In this document: positions 1-12,329 of the stretch, piece after piece
How positions within the stretch are numbered: the first letter of the stretch is position 1
Layout of the letters: each line of letters begins with the position of its first letter
Assembly: GCA_047495785.1 (NCBI GenBank)
Contig: JBLDXI010000015.1
Span: 3,100,001 to 3,164,000 of the forward strand
DNA length: 64,000 bases
Source: Lepidodermella squamata
Taxonomy: Eukaryota > Animalia > Gastrotricha
Direction of reading: 5' to 3'
Notes under the pieces: model-generated
Database searches by the model: none
What the model saw: only the letters and a program-made list of their open reading frames with translations
What the model was told of the DNA's origin: nothing
Program-made: the position numbers and the translations under genes

Positions 1-2
1 AG

Positions 3-986
3 GATTTGCCAGGTATACCTGGGCTATTCATGGCAACCCTTTTCAGCGCGGCCCTTAGTACCATTTCTTCTGGAATCAACGGTCTAGCCGCTGTTACATG
101 TCGTGACTACGGCGTTGAAGAATGGCTAAGAAACCGCGGCCATCCCGAGGGAAGAATCACAATGATCGCTAAATTTATTTCAATCCTATACGGGGCTCTT
201 TGCATAGTACTGATTTTTGTCATTCAATACCTACCTGGTCTGCTAGACTCAGCTCTAGCCCTGTTTGGCGCCTTGGGTGGGCCATTACTCGGCATTTATT
301 GCTGCGGAATTTTCCTGCCTTGGATCAATAAATACGGCGCTTTAGCCGGGTTATTATCAGCGTTATTCCTAACAGTCTGGATGACGGTTGGCGAGAAGGC
401 GAGTCAACACATCTCGCAGGCACAACGCGGCCCGAGTTTGTCTACAATGGCCTGTGATGCTCATTTCCTTCAGACGTCCCGGGCCCATGACGCCACGCCT
501 GAAGCTGCGGCTGGGTTGTATCTTAACCACTTCATTCCAGATAGGAAGACAGATTTCGGCCGAATCTCTGGACTCGAGAATCTTTACTCGATTTCTTACC
601 TCTACCTCTCAATTGTTGGCATCAGGTTTGCGAAAAATCAGCATTCAGTATTCATAATTTTTCAATTTTTTTCTAGCGTGTCGGCCTCGGTCGGCATTGT
701 TGTTAGCGCTTTCACAGGCTGGACTCACAACGTCGAGCTTCAATCGAATTTATTCCACCCAGCCGTTGTTCGATTGGCTGAAAAATACGGCTGGAAAACG
801 TGGAAATCACCTGCCCTTGAGGCTAAAGGCACCCTGCCGTCTATTCCAAGTCAAATGGTTATGCCTGGCGATGTCAGCCAAGAGATTTCACTTGAAACTT
901 ACGATAATGGTGATAATGAAACTAAATCAAATAATATTGTGATCAAGCGGGTTAACAATAAGTCTGACGATGAATGCCGTGTGTAA
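3..986 (+). CDS. SLC5 sodium:solute symporter (SMCT/SMVT-like), 3' part; gene starts upstream of the window
   Basis: DLPGIPGLF..LFSAALSTISSGINGLAAV, GALGGPLLGIY and LYSISYLY are typical SLC5A6/8/12 motifs. A 51-nt stop-free GT-AG intron at 626-676 is read through by the ORF track. Confidence 0.9.
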   Translation, partial: DLPGIPGLFMATLFSAALSTISSGINGLAAVTCRDYGVEEWLRNRGHPEGRITMIAKFISILYGALCIVLIFVIQYLPGLLDSALALFGALGGPLLGIYCCGIFLPWINKYGALAGLLSALFLTVWMTVGEKASQHISQAQRGPSLSTMACDAHFLQTSRAHDATPEAAAGLYLNHFIPDRKTDFGRISGLENLYSISYLYLSIVGIRFAKNQHSVFIIFQFFSSVSASVGIVVSAFTGWTHNVELQSNLFHPAVVRLAEKYGWKTWKSPALEAKGTLPSIPSQMVMPGDVSQEISLETYDNGDNETKSNNIVIKRVNNKSDDECRV

Positions 987-1128
987 AATTATCAAAATAA
1001 TCTGGCCACTAGTCTGATCCTATTCAAGTTGCTTTCCTAACCCTTTAGTATTTTTTAAATAAAATTTTCAAAATTAATGGAACCTTCTGGTTTCAGCCGT
1101 ATTTTTTTATTTAATTTTTTTTTCGGCG

Positions 1129-2361
1129 CTAGTTTCCGGTGTAATTTGAAGCGTAGCGTGACGGAATGAGGCCACGCCGGCTGCCGTACTCCTCCGCATT
1201 ATTCGCCGCTTCGTTGATGGACGTTGATGATGCTGACAAGGGTTGCATTTTGTAGTCGTGATTATGCCGATTCAACAGTTGTCTGCGAATAAGGAAAGCC
1301 ACGCTGAGCGCTATCACCGCAGTGATAACCAAAGATCCGAGAATTATCAGCGTAATCGCCCACCAGGTTGAAAGCGTTGCGTGATGATGGCCCTCGTTAA
1401 CTCGGCTATCATGGCAGCAAACTAATTTTGAATTAAAAATTTTTTTAATGTAGATTTGAGATATTAATTGCGCAACGAAAAACGAGTATGAAGCTGAAAG
1501 AAAAATGAGCAAACTATTTATTAAGCTGGCAACGATCTCGTTTCAGTGTGCTCTCATAGGATTCATTGATCAAACGAGAACAGACAATTAATTCATTTAT
1601 CATTAATTAATTTTAATTATCAATTAATTTTTAATTAATTATTATTGATTTCTCAAATTCAAAATAATTTTATAATTAATTTTATCAATTTGCTATGTTG
1701 CAATTTTCGAAATTTCGCTGCTCTAATGTCACTGTAGGAGAAATTGTTGATATTAATATTTTACTCTTATATCTTTGCTCTATTGTCGTTGCGCACTTCT
1801 TGTTTATGCAAAATCAATATTGCCTCGAATGATTATGAAGAATGATTATTAGAAAATTTAAAACTTACAATGGCCCTTTTCGCATGATATTTGACATTGC
1901 GACAGCCTTCGATGCCAATCTCGAGCCGAACAAGGTCCGTAAACTCCAGGCGATACAAGTGTCTCTTCTTTATTAGTTAAGAACACATATTCTCGCCCTG
2001 AATTGACTTTAGAAATGACCGAATCGCAAAATTTCGGCCCATTTTGGTCTTCGCAGGTCAGGGTCGAGGTTTGGCTGTATCTGCAATCGCCGCAGGCTAG
2101 ATCGCCACTGCAGAAGCCGACCTGAAACGACCAGTTTCCGGCTGAACCAGCAGCTGAGTTGGCGATGAAAATTCCCAGATGAACGTCGAGCCCGTTTTCA
2201 AAGGCTTGCAACAGATCTTGACATGTTACAGCGGCTTCACATGAGATGCTGTGAGACTCATTTTCGAATGATGCCACCGAGAGATTCACCGTTAAAAATG
2301 TTAGCGCGATGATTGAAATTAACCAAGTTGCTGTCATCAAAACTTTCCCACAGAATCGCAT
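1129..2361 (-). CDS. Type I membrane protein: signal peptide, Cys-rich ectodomain (possibly NTR/TIMP/NtA-like), one TM, short tail
   Basis: Exon 2361-1869 (GTAAG donor at 1868) joins in frame to exon 1421-1129 across an AT-rich 447-nt intron. TM is WWAITLIILGSLVITAVIALSVAFLI. The fold guess is weak. Confidence 0.65.
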
Positions 2362-3344
2362 TTGTGACTTATAAGGGGTTGTTTAAACATTGAGCGGGAT
2401 TATTATTATTATTATTCGTCATTATTAAGGTGGAAATATTGAGTGGATTTCTTATCTTATCGCCATTGTTCAGATAACAAAACCAGATCGTGGGCTTTTA
2501 AACGAAAAATCGCTGTAATTAATCCCTTTATGCGATGAGTTAGAAACAAAATTAATTAGCTTGCTAGAAGATCAGATGAAAAGATGAGATGATATAGAAA
2601 AATGTACGCCTATAACGAAAATTCTGATCCTAACTTGTTTCATCGGATTTTTCCTTAATCGTACAAGTCATGCGAAACGTTGCACATTGCGGATACTCCA
2701 TTCATGTTCCCAATTACGGGCCCCTATGAAAATTTATCATCACGTAGCCCGATTTCGTCACTTTACTTCGAAATTCTGGTAATTTAAAATTCGACGGAAA
2801 ATTGTCAATTTTGCCGCCGATTTCTTTGATCTGGGGTTAGCAAAGTTCAGGAGAGGCTCCCATCAAGGGTTGCAAGCACAGTCCGACGCAGCAGTATTCA
2901 GTATTCATCTCATGTAAAAGGATTAGTAGTCAAATTATTTATAGGTCATGAATTCGTCAATTGAGTAAAAAGTCAAACTCACATTAATCTTACTAAACGC
3001 CATTTTGCTATTGCTTTTGTACGTGAGATTGTGCAAAACTTGAATTTCACTCATTGCCCTCGAATAAAAGGCTGTTATTATTTATCGCCATGAATATTAT
3101 AGTACGCGTGCATGGGTAAATAAGGCGAAATTAAGGTGGATGCAGGTCGCTAAGCAAACAAATGAATAAAATGTGTCAGTTGATAAAAACTTGAACTGAA
3201 GTCAGGATGACGCTACATCGTCAAATACGGCATAACAAGTTCCTCTGAAGCTACTTGAAAAAACGACACGTTTGTTTAAACATAGGTCAATTTTTGCCTC
3301 TAATGAGGACAAATATTATATCATCTTCGATTTCCACCCTAGAA

Positions 3345-6300
3345 ATGGTTATTTTGATTTTTCTATTGAGTAATCTCTTCATCTCGACATCAGCCCAACC
3401 TCGTCAGATTGCTAGCATTAAGGCGATTGAATGCCAATTCGCAACTTACTTTTGCGGCTGGACTTTCTTGCCTGATGCTTCGAGAAACTCATCTCAGTCA
3501 CTGACGTGGTTGATCACCAAAGGCGGGCCGAAAAGTCAATTTAAAACATTTGCAGCAACTCACCTCATCGGCGATCCTTCTACAAGTGGGCGATCTTTCA
3601 GGACTGATACGGATGAAAAGCTAAAAGCCGCCTTAATCAGCCCACTCATTCCAGAAATCGATAGTCGAAGGCCGCGGTCAATGTGCTTTTCACTCATGTA
3701 TCAAGTCAGTGAAGACTCATCGTTATCGATTCATAAGACAATCGATGGCAACGAAACTCTGGATGATGAAGCGTTTCTCTATTCAAGCGATAACAATACC
3801 ATCGGACGATGGCTTAAGGTTCAGATAACAATTCGAGCCGCCCACGCTTTCCGACTTAAAATCGAAGCGGTGAGTCGGGTGGTTGATGGGGCTGTGAAAG
3901 TTGCGGCGGCCAAGTTATGGCTCGGTCACTGCCTACAGACTAACAATGACGTTTTCAAGCCACTGGAACCGATGACGAAATCGCGAGGTGCTGCGTCGAT
4001 GTGGAAGTTCGCCCTCTGGCCGAATGCAACTGTGCCGTATGAAATTGAGCCGGGTTCGAATTTCAGCGAAACTGCGCACCCTGCTCTGGCGCAGGCCATC
4101 GCCCAGGTCATGGCATTGACCTGCGTGAAATTCGTACCACGCTCTAATGAGGATGATTTTTTGATGTTCAAGCACGTTGAGGGCGAACTTTGCCGCTCAA
4201 CGGTTGGTTACCTGAGTGGGCAGCAGGACGCTGAGTTGGGTGATAAGTGCTTGAGAAACCTTGGAGAAATGATGGTGAGCTGAGACCAATTGAAGAGATA
4301 CTTGTTCATTTTGCAAATTTTCAGCATTTAGTCATGCATGTCCTCGGCTTCAGTCACGAGCATCAACGAGTCGATCGAGATGAGTTCATCAAAATAGATT
4401 ACACGAATGTTCAGGTTGAAGAATATTATCATCTTTCATCTTAACTTATTGATATTTGTCGATGACAGAAAAAAGGAGCCAACCAGTTGGCTATCGAAGC
4501 CAATGTTTTGATGCGGAAGGGTGCTTACGACTATGCCTCAGTTACCCACTTTCGGCCATATGCTTTGGCTATCGACAGAACGAAACCAACTATCATGGCG
4601 GTTCGAGACACTCCTCAGGCAAGGCTGATGGGCCAACGTTATGGTTTGTCTTATGGCGACATTGCTGCAATCAAGTTCGTTGATTTGGCATAGGATTGTT
4701 GACAATTTTCCTCATTTTATTAACATTTCTAGCCACGCCTATGATTGCCCCATCGATTTCATGCCTGGTAGTTTTCATTCAACAATCTCTTGCTTGTTAA
4801 TCTTCTAACCATTTGTTCTACAGTATGTGCACCCGCTTGTCAAAATGGTGGATCATGTCAGGGACCGAATTTCTGTTCCTGCCCGACCGGATTCACAGGC
4901 CAAGCTTGTCAACTGAAATTGCAAATGGCCATAACGACCGATGAACCGCTGCCGTGCCGGAACGGTGGGACCTATGTCTCATCGAATGCCTGCTTGTGTG
5001 CGGAAGGTTGGACAGGATTGAAGTGTGGTAGGTGTTGAAGTTGACCAGAATAATCTAATAATCCACCTTGAATTCTTTCTAGAAACACCCGTTTGCGTAT
5101 TTCCATGTCAAAACGGAGGCTATTGCTTTGCGCCTGGAGTATGCACATGCCGTAAGTTACTAGTTACTCGGCATTCATTACTAAAACTTTAATATCGCCA
5201 TTTTTCAGCTCCTGACTTTATGGGTCCTGCCTGTGAGATGCGAAATTCCATAGCTCGATCTAACTGCTCAAGACACACTGATTGTAATGCTCACAACGGC
5301 GGGGGGTTCTGTACGAAAGCTGGCAAGTGTTTGTGCACCGAAAACTGGTTTGGCGCCCGATGCAACGAACCAATCTGCCCGGGTGGCTGTGGCGAAAATT
5401 CTGAATGCACTGCCCCAGGGGTGTGCTCTTGCAGTAAGCTTTTGCCCCGCTTTGTATCTCTACTCTACAATATTTGCTTCTTTTTTTCCAGAGCCGGGTT
5501 TTGCAGGGCCAGACTGTTTCCTGCCGCCATCAACTTGTCCAGGAGGTTGCGGAGTGAATGGGTAACTTTGGTTATGCATGAATGAACAACTTGACAATGT
5601 TTGGTTTTATAGAGATTGCATTGGGCCTGGGGTTTGCCGATGTAAGCATGGATGGTCGGGACTTGGTTGCTCAATTCCTAGTCACTTCTGTACACCTCGT
5701 AAGTCCGACTTCAGTTTTGGAAATCTCGAAATATGTTCACATTTCTGTCAAGGATGCATCCATGGTCAATGTACTGGAATGGTGAGTTGAAGCCTGGATC
5801 ATAATTGGGATCATAGGTGTCACTTTAATTCCTTTCTTTCAGAACGAATGTACGTGCGACCCTGGTTACACTGGAATTGCGTGTGAACAAGTGGCTTATT
5901 CACCATTCGGCATCGGCAGTCCTTGTCAATTTTCAGCCCAGTGCAACGTCAACAATTCCCAGTAGGCTTGTTTCAAACATGTATCACTTTTACTTACCTT
6001 TCATTTCCCGCCGTTATTTAGCTGTGACCTGATTTCACTGCAATGCAAAAGCGGCATATGTTTGTGCAATCCTGGCTACGTGCTCGTCAATGGCCGGTGC
6101 TTGTTGTCGCGGAGTCTCGACGAGCCGTGCGACTTGCGCGAGACCACGTGCATCGACAACACGTTCTGTACAAACGACGGTCGATGCGCGTGTCGCGAGG
6201 GCTTCAAAAGAGGCCCCCTTAACAAGTGCATCAGCCCAGCGGCTACGAAACGGTACGGCGACCCTTGTGTGTCACCTAATGAGTGCTATCACGACCTCAC

Positions 6301-6931
6301 TTGCTCAAGGGGTGAGTAAAGACATTTATAATGACACTTGACTGTAATTTCTTCTAGAATCAGGGGTGTGCACTTGTCCTGGGGGCACTGTTCGGCAATC
6401 AGATTACACATGCAGATCGGTTCAATATGGAGATGGCTGTCGAACTGAGTTGGATTGCAGCCTCCTTGACCGGTAAGTATCCAGTTACCGACTTGTACGG
6501 TAGTGAGTTCAAAACTCGTTTTCAGAGCGATGTGTTCCAATGGTGTTTGTCAGTGCCAACCAGAGTATGACAAAGTCCAATATACAGCGGAGAATAACGA
6601 ACCGAAGTGGACCTGCGTTCGCATGGGCTCTGAAGCGTTAAGGAAGAACATGTCGTGCCCCTTCTCGCGCATTGATGTATGCGATCGTGAATTTGCTTGC
6701 ATTCAATGTCGCGAATCAACCGAAGGCCCTCGATGCTTGCGACCTGATACTCAGCTACCCGCTCCGGTAAGATTTTTCATAAGTATCTTCATTCTTTTTC
6801 AAATGTCTATTATTGTTAAGGCCGTCAACTCGAACCTACCGATATTATCGTCTGGCCCTAGACTACATTTTTCAATGCAACACTTACTGACTTCTTTCGC
6901 TTTGGTTTTAGAATGGATGGCGCTGAAATGA
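3345..6931 (+). CDS. Secreted/surface MAM + astacin-like (catalytically degenerate) + multiple EGF/Cys-rich repeat protein
   Basis: Signal peptide at ATG 3345; MAM motifs (CQF...CGW, ALISP, CFSLMY); astacin WPNATVPYEI, TCVKFVPR, HLVMHVLGFSHEHQRVDRD; many CQNGG-type EGF exons; introns e.g. 4275-4324, 4415-4468, 6767-6820; hydrophobic C-terminus. Confidence 0.88.
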
Positions 6932-7193
6932 TAGCTGCGTAGCTTCTTATTTTTTTGTAATTTATAGAAAAGGAAAATGCCGCTTCAAGATAATAAAAGC
7001 GCTAAAATCCGGTAATTCTGTGTCAAGTCGTGGGCGTCTGTGCGTCACGTATCACATTCGTTCGCAATGCAATTTTATCGCTATAAATTGTGACAATGAC
7101 AACAAGATAAGATAGTGGTTTTAAGGTTATTTTCAACCTGAAATTGCGACCTAGTTCTTACCATTTCGTCCAATATTGGAGGCAACCCTATCT

Positions 7194-8204
7194 ATGTCGT
7201 TCAGGGCCTTAATGCGGTATACACTGGTTGTATTGTTCGCCCTGGTTGTAGCAGCTCGGAATGCCAGCATATCTGAAGTCAGGAAAACGACCCTAGAAGA
7301 TCACTGCATAATTCCCAGTGGTAGAATTTCTGACCAGATTCTTCTGCCGTGGATATCACGCGACAGTCAGGCCGCGTGCTCCCACTGTTGTCACGGCAAT
7401 GATGCTCTTGAACTTCTCGATCAATATGGCCGGACTCCTTTAATGGAAGCAGCGAGAACTGGTAATATTGACCTAGCTAGGAACCTTATCAGTCAAGGTG
7501 CTGATATCAACGCTCAACGTCAATCAGATCAATTTACAGCGCTCATTTTTGCGGCTATAAATGGTCATCACGCAATTGTGGAATTGTTACTAAGAAGGGG
7601 TGCTGTAGTGTCTTCTAAAACTCGAGAGGGTAACACTGCACTAACTATAGCAGCAAAAATGGGTCGCAAAAAGTGTGTACAGTTATTGCTGGAATTCGGA
7701 GCTGAAGTCGGCGAACAGGATAATGATGGCCATAACTCTCTGATGTTTGCTGCATTTGGCTGCCATTCGAGTGTGGTTAAATTGCTGCTTGAAAACTCCG
7801 CTAATCCCGACGTAAGGCTGCATAATGGCCGGACAGCTTTAATAATCGCGGCTGGAATAGATTGCAGCGAAGTAGTTCATTTACTGCTTGAATACGGCGC
7901 AGAAGTCGACGCGAAAGGTAGGGATGGCTATACGGCTTTGATCTGGGCAGCGATGCATGGTTATCGAGAAGCAGCTGGTATGCTACTCAACCATGGCGCT
8001 GATGTGAATGCGAGAACTGCTGGTGGAAACACTGCCCTGTTATCTGCGGCCATGTATGGCCATAAAGCTGTGGTCAAAATGTTGTTAAGGCGTGGGGCTG
8101 ATGCTACCTTGCGAAACAAAGCTGGTTATACCGCGCTGCAAGTGTCGCAAGATCAGGAGGTTGCCATTATTTTGAAGAAATTTCTCACGAAATCGAAACC
8201 TTAA
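7194..8204 (+). CDS. Intronless ankyrin-repeat protein (~8 repeats) with N-terminal signal peptide
   Basis: MRYTLVVLFALVVAARNA leader followed by near-consensus GxTAL..AA..GH..VV.LLL..GADVNA repeats. ATG is at 7194 or 7212. Confidence 0.88.
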   Translation: MSFRALMRYTLVVLFALVVAARNASISEVRKTTLEDHCIIPSGRISDQILLPWISRDSQAACSHCCHGNDALELLDQYGRTPLMEAARTGNIDLARNLISQGADINAQRQSDQFTALIFAAINGHHAIVELLLRRGAVVSSKTREGNTALTIAAKMGRKKCVQLLLEFGAEVGEQDNDGHNSLMFAAFGCHSSVVKLLLENSANPDVRLHNGRTALIIAAGIDCSEVVHLLLEYGAEVDAKGRDGYTALIWAAMHGYREAAGMLLNHGADVNARTAGGNTALLSAAMYGHKAVVKMLLRRGADATLRNKAGYTALQVSQDQEVAIILKKFLTKSKP

Positions 8205-8713
8205 TCATGGAACTGGTCTGTTTGATCAATCCCGGTGTGTATTGTTATCTCAAGGCGAAACTCAAAAATATCTTTAAAGGTGCTGGACACTTATACAGTA
8301 TGCACTCATTGGAGTGAAAAATTAGGCTTTGAACCAAAGTGAAAATTATTTTTCTTCGTTATGCTGCGAACAAAGAGCTTTATTTCAATAAGTCTCCTCT
8401 CATTATTCTTCACGGCAATAAACTTCAAGGAATACTTTGCATCGGTTGTAGTTGTCCTAATGTATTACACTTCGCGGGGTAACCATGGCCGGAAACGTAC
8501 TGTAAGATCTTACATTTTAGCGCGAATGAATATTAATGGATACGAATCGAGCTTTCGCCGAGTTGGTAATCGATCTCCTTACCCACTCAGCTCAATTCTA
8601 CCAGGGCAAAAACAAATAAACACGGTACGAATATAGGTCAACCACCCTCTTGCGCTTCATGTACGTAATTTTACTTCGCTGCGATGATGGCTTGAGTAGA
8701 CCAACGCCCTTCT

Positions 8714-11700
8714 ATGGAAAACCTCGATTCCCAAGAGTCGATAAAATTTGGTACTATATAAATCCTCAGTTGTGTGACTTTTTGGTAAAAGTTATTTCTT
8801 TTCAGCGGACAGACAGCTTCGTATTTTTATTAGCTGCACATGGAGTCACAGGAAGAAAGAAGTCGAAGAAATCGCAGATAAGTTGGAGAGACAAACTAAT
8901 GGTAAAATACGATTTTCCTTGTTCAATGAATAACGATAATAAACTCATTTTTTAGCATCCGGCAAACTCATATTTGACGTATGGCGTGATCAGAAGCGGT
9001 TAGCTGATCATCTATATGTTGAATTAGCAGATGTAATTTCTTGAAATATTCAAAATTCGCTTTACGAAATATATTCCTTCTAGACCATTCTAACCGGTGA
9101 CGTTTTTCTAGCATTCGTGGATGACGAATATCAGCACAATAGCGAAATTAGCAAAGGTGAACTTTTGTACGCCATCGAACTCAAGAAGCGGGTCGTTATT
9201 GCCAAGTTAGCTAAGCTATCTCCTGGGTGGCTTGAGGCGATCAAGCGAGACGTTGCCTGGATCGATTACCCACAAGCCTGTCCGTCTCAAGATATTTACG
9301 TGAAAATCGTTGAAGAAATCGTCAAATTTTACATGCCGAAATCACCGACTCGGGGACCCAAGTTGAATATTTCATTTTATAAAATCAGGAAAAATATAAT
9401 ACCTTTCCCACAGAGAAAAAGCCAATCCTGTATTATCGAACCATTTGGGTGCGAAGAAAAACGATAAACCCGTCACTGATAGACTGAAAGCGGCGTTGAA
9501 TTTGCTTCGATTCCGAGTTCGATCATGTATCTATGGTTTCTTATTATTTCAACGTGGGGATCTGGTCAGACTTCAGGATCTAGCGTGTATGTGGGGAATG
9601 GAAAGCGTAGAAGAGGTCTTTCAACTCATAAGATCTTGCAACATCAGCGTCGATTGCATTAAGCTGGATCAGTCAAAAAGCTGTGCTGTTCTTGACGATG
9701 TTTTCTATGACGCGGCAATAAGTTCTGCTTGCGATGACTGGAAATTACCGAGCAGTCCCCACGTTATGGAAGAAATCTGCTGTAAAATCGCCAAGGGTGC
9801 CTCAAAAATGCCATCGACTCGTCCTTCAAAAGTCGGCGAGTCTAGTTACGAGGAAATCATGCTCTTCCTGGCATTGCGAAAACGGAGACGACAGGTTATA
9901 AACCGTGCAATATCTGGCCTCAATGCTAGAAGCCTCGCTGACATTTGCTGTTCGAAATCGAAGTCTCCCGACGAATTCGACATGACATTTTTGCACCTTC
10001 TTTACCACACCGTATGGAACGACGATGTGAAACATCATCCCAACAATACTTCAATCGGATGCATGCATTCCTATCACATGATAGAGAAAATATTGCTGAA
10101 ACTGAAGAGAGGCGGGGTGAATTTCGCGAGCTGCTTTGACGGCGTCAATCTTCTGACTGAACCAAGCAGCGACGGCGGATCGTTTTTGGGCGATGTCCTT
10201 TCTGATGCTGACATTGATGCATATCGATGGGATAGAGAACCTCTGCTGAGACTCTTATCGCCATGGAAGCATTCTTACCAAGAACAAAGATGGAAAGAAA
10301 TGCTGCTCAACGATAGTCAAACGTCGCTGAGTATTATCATGGCGATAGGAGGTGAGTCGGGGCCCTCTTTAGACGAAAGTTTCTTCGAGCGTGGCGCAGA
10401 GGCTAAAAGTGCTGCTCTTCTAGCTGCTGCTCGGACTGGCAACAAGGCGCAATTTGTTCGGCTTCATGACAAATTCGAACCAGACTGCGACCCGATGACT
10501 TTTCTCAACGAATCCGATCAAACTTGTCTCCATCTAGCAGCAGCCAATGGTCACATCGAAATAGCAGAGTTTATCATTAATCGACACTCTAACAGACTAG
10601 AATCAGCCTTGAACTCAACCGATCGTGATGGGAGAAACCCAGTGATGCTCGCTGCTCATAATGGCCACTTGGAATTGGTGAAACTTCTAGCATCTAAAAC
10701 GAGCAACAAAAGTTTGAAGGCTAAGGACAAAAACGGTCACACTGCGCTCGCATTAGCTGTCATGCACGGCTACTTTGGAATTGTTGAATTTTTGTTTAAC
10801 GAATATAGCCACGCGTTGAATCTGATCGACAATCAGAATTTATCGGTTTTATGCCTTTCGGCCGCTGCTGGCTATCAAGATGTGTTCGAGTTCGTCTATC
10901 GAAAGAAAAAGGCAACTTTGGGCGCTGGAGAAATCGCAACCGCTTTGTCCCTATCAGCAGAACATGGCTACATGGGTATCGTTAAATTCCTAATTGAAAG
11001 ACATCCTGAGATTGCGGAGGCAGTTAACGAAGAAGATCGGACCGCGCTTATGGCTGCCGCACAACGAGGACGTCTCGAGATTGTTCAATACCTGGCAGAT
11101 CAGTGGGAGGAGGGTCTGAAATTGAAAGACTGTAACGGCGACACTGCTTTGATGCATGCAGCTGCGAAAGGCCATGTTGAAACAGTTAGAATCCTCTGCC
11201 TCAAATTTGTCTTCGCGATTCACTGGCACAATGCCAATTACCAGCGCCCTCTCTCAGTCGCAGCGGAAAATGGTCATATCGATGCAGTTAGATTTCTTTT
11301 CGAGATATACCCCGAGGCTTCAAAGTTTTTTGATGCCCAAGGTCATTCACCTCTAACGTCTGCAGTTGCTAACGGTCACCTTAATGTAGCGGAATATTTG
11401 TTTAAAGCTCAACCAGCGACACTAAAAGCTCTTGACCCATTAAGGAGGAACGCTTTGCATCTTGCAGCTCTCGGGGGTGAGATCGAAGTAGTCAAATTCG
11501 TAAGCGAAAACATTGACGAAACCATGCGAAACGCGGTTGATATCGACGGCCGTTCTCCTGTTATGCTGGCAGCCTTGAATGGCCACACTGAGGTGGTCGA
11601 GTACCTGTTCAGACCCGAAAAGGCTCGCCAAATCGATCGGGAGGGGCAGAATGGTTTTATGCTTGCATCGATCGGTGGCAGTGTCGATGTTTTGAAATGC

Positions 11701-12249
11701 ATGCATAGTAAATCTAAGGATCTGTTATATCAACGAGACAAATACGGTCGAACTGCTTTAATTCTAGCAGCACTGCATGGAAATCTCAAGGCAGTCAAAT
11801 TTCTTTCCGACGCCGATGATCGGCCTAACATGAAGTTGATCTGCGAACAAGATTTCAATGGAAGGACAGCATGTATTGCTGCATCACAGCATGGATATCT
11901 TGAAATAGTGAAACTGCTCTTCGAAATCTGCCCAGAAGTTATGGATATAGCTGATTTCGATGGCCGGTCTTGTTTAATGGCCGCAGCTGCCAATGGTTTC
12001 ATAGAACTGGTAGAGTATCTGATCGACAAGCCTCGAGACGCGGCAATGCTTCGCGATAGAAACGACCGAACCGCTCTCGCGTACTCAGCGATGAACGGAA
12101 ATCTTCAAGTGAGCAAGTTCTTGTATGAGCGTTACAACTATGCCATCAACATTCGGGACAGCTCGGGCCTAACAGTCGGTGAACTCGCGGAATTGAACGG
12201 ACATTCTGAGTTGGCTCATTTTCTTACGGAAAAGGCTCGGAAAAAGTGA
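8714..12249 (+). CDS. TIR (TIR_2-like) + helical linker + ~17-18 ankyrin repeats, ~1107 aa, 5 exons
   Basis: Exons 8714-8750, 8806-8901, 8956-9032, 9084-9361 and 9414-12249 join in frame via GT-AG introns of 51-55 nt. Spliced N-terminus reads RIFISCTWS..EVEEIADKLE..FDVWRD..VFLAFVDDEYQHNSEISKGELLYAIELKKRVV. Confidence 0.85.
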
Positions 12250-12329
12250 TTGATTTAAGACATTTACTATGATATTATATGGTGATTGCAATCTGTTGAC
12301 GAATGCAAGATCAAATCCGAAAAGCTATG

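Noticed and set aside
1585-1700. TTAATTAA-rich stretch as a structured element
   Set aside because: Low-complexity AT-rich intron sequence with no regular unit.
8361-8955. ORFs 8361-8636 and 8650-8955 as genes
   Set aside because: No motifs; the second overlaps TIR-ANK exons in other frames.
9826-12029. Antisense ORFs within the ankyrin gene (and similar ones in the GPCR genes)
   Set aside because: Shadow ORFs of real coding sequence.
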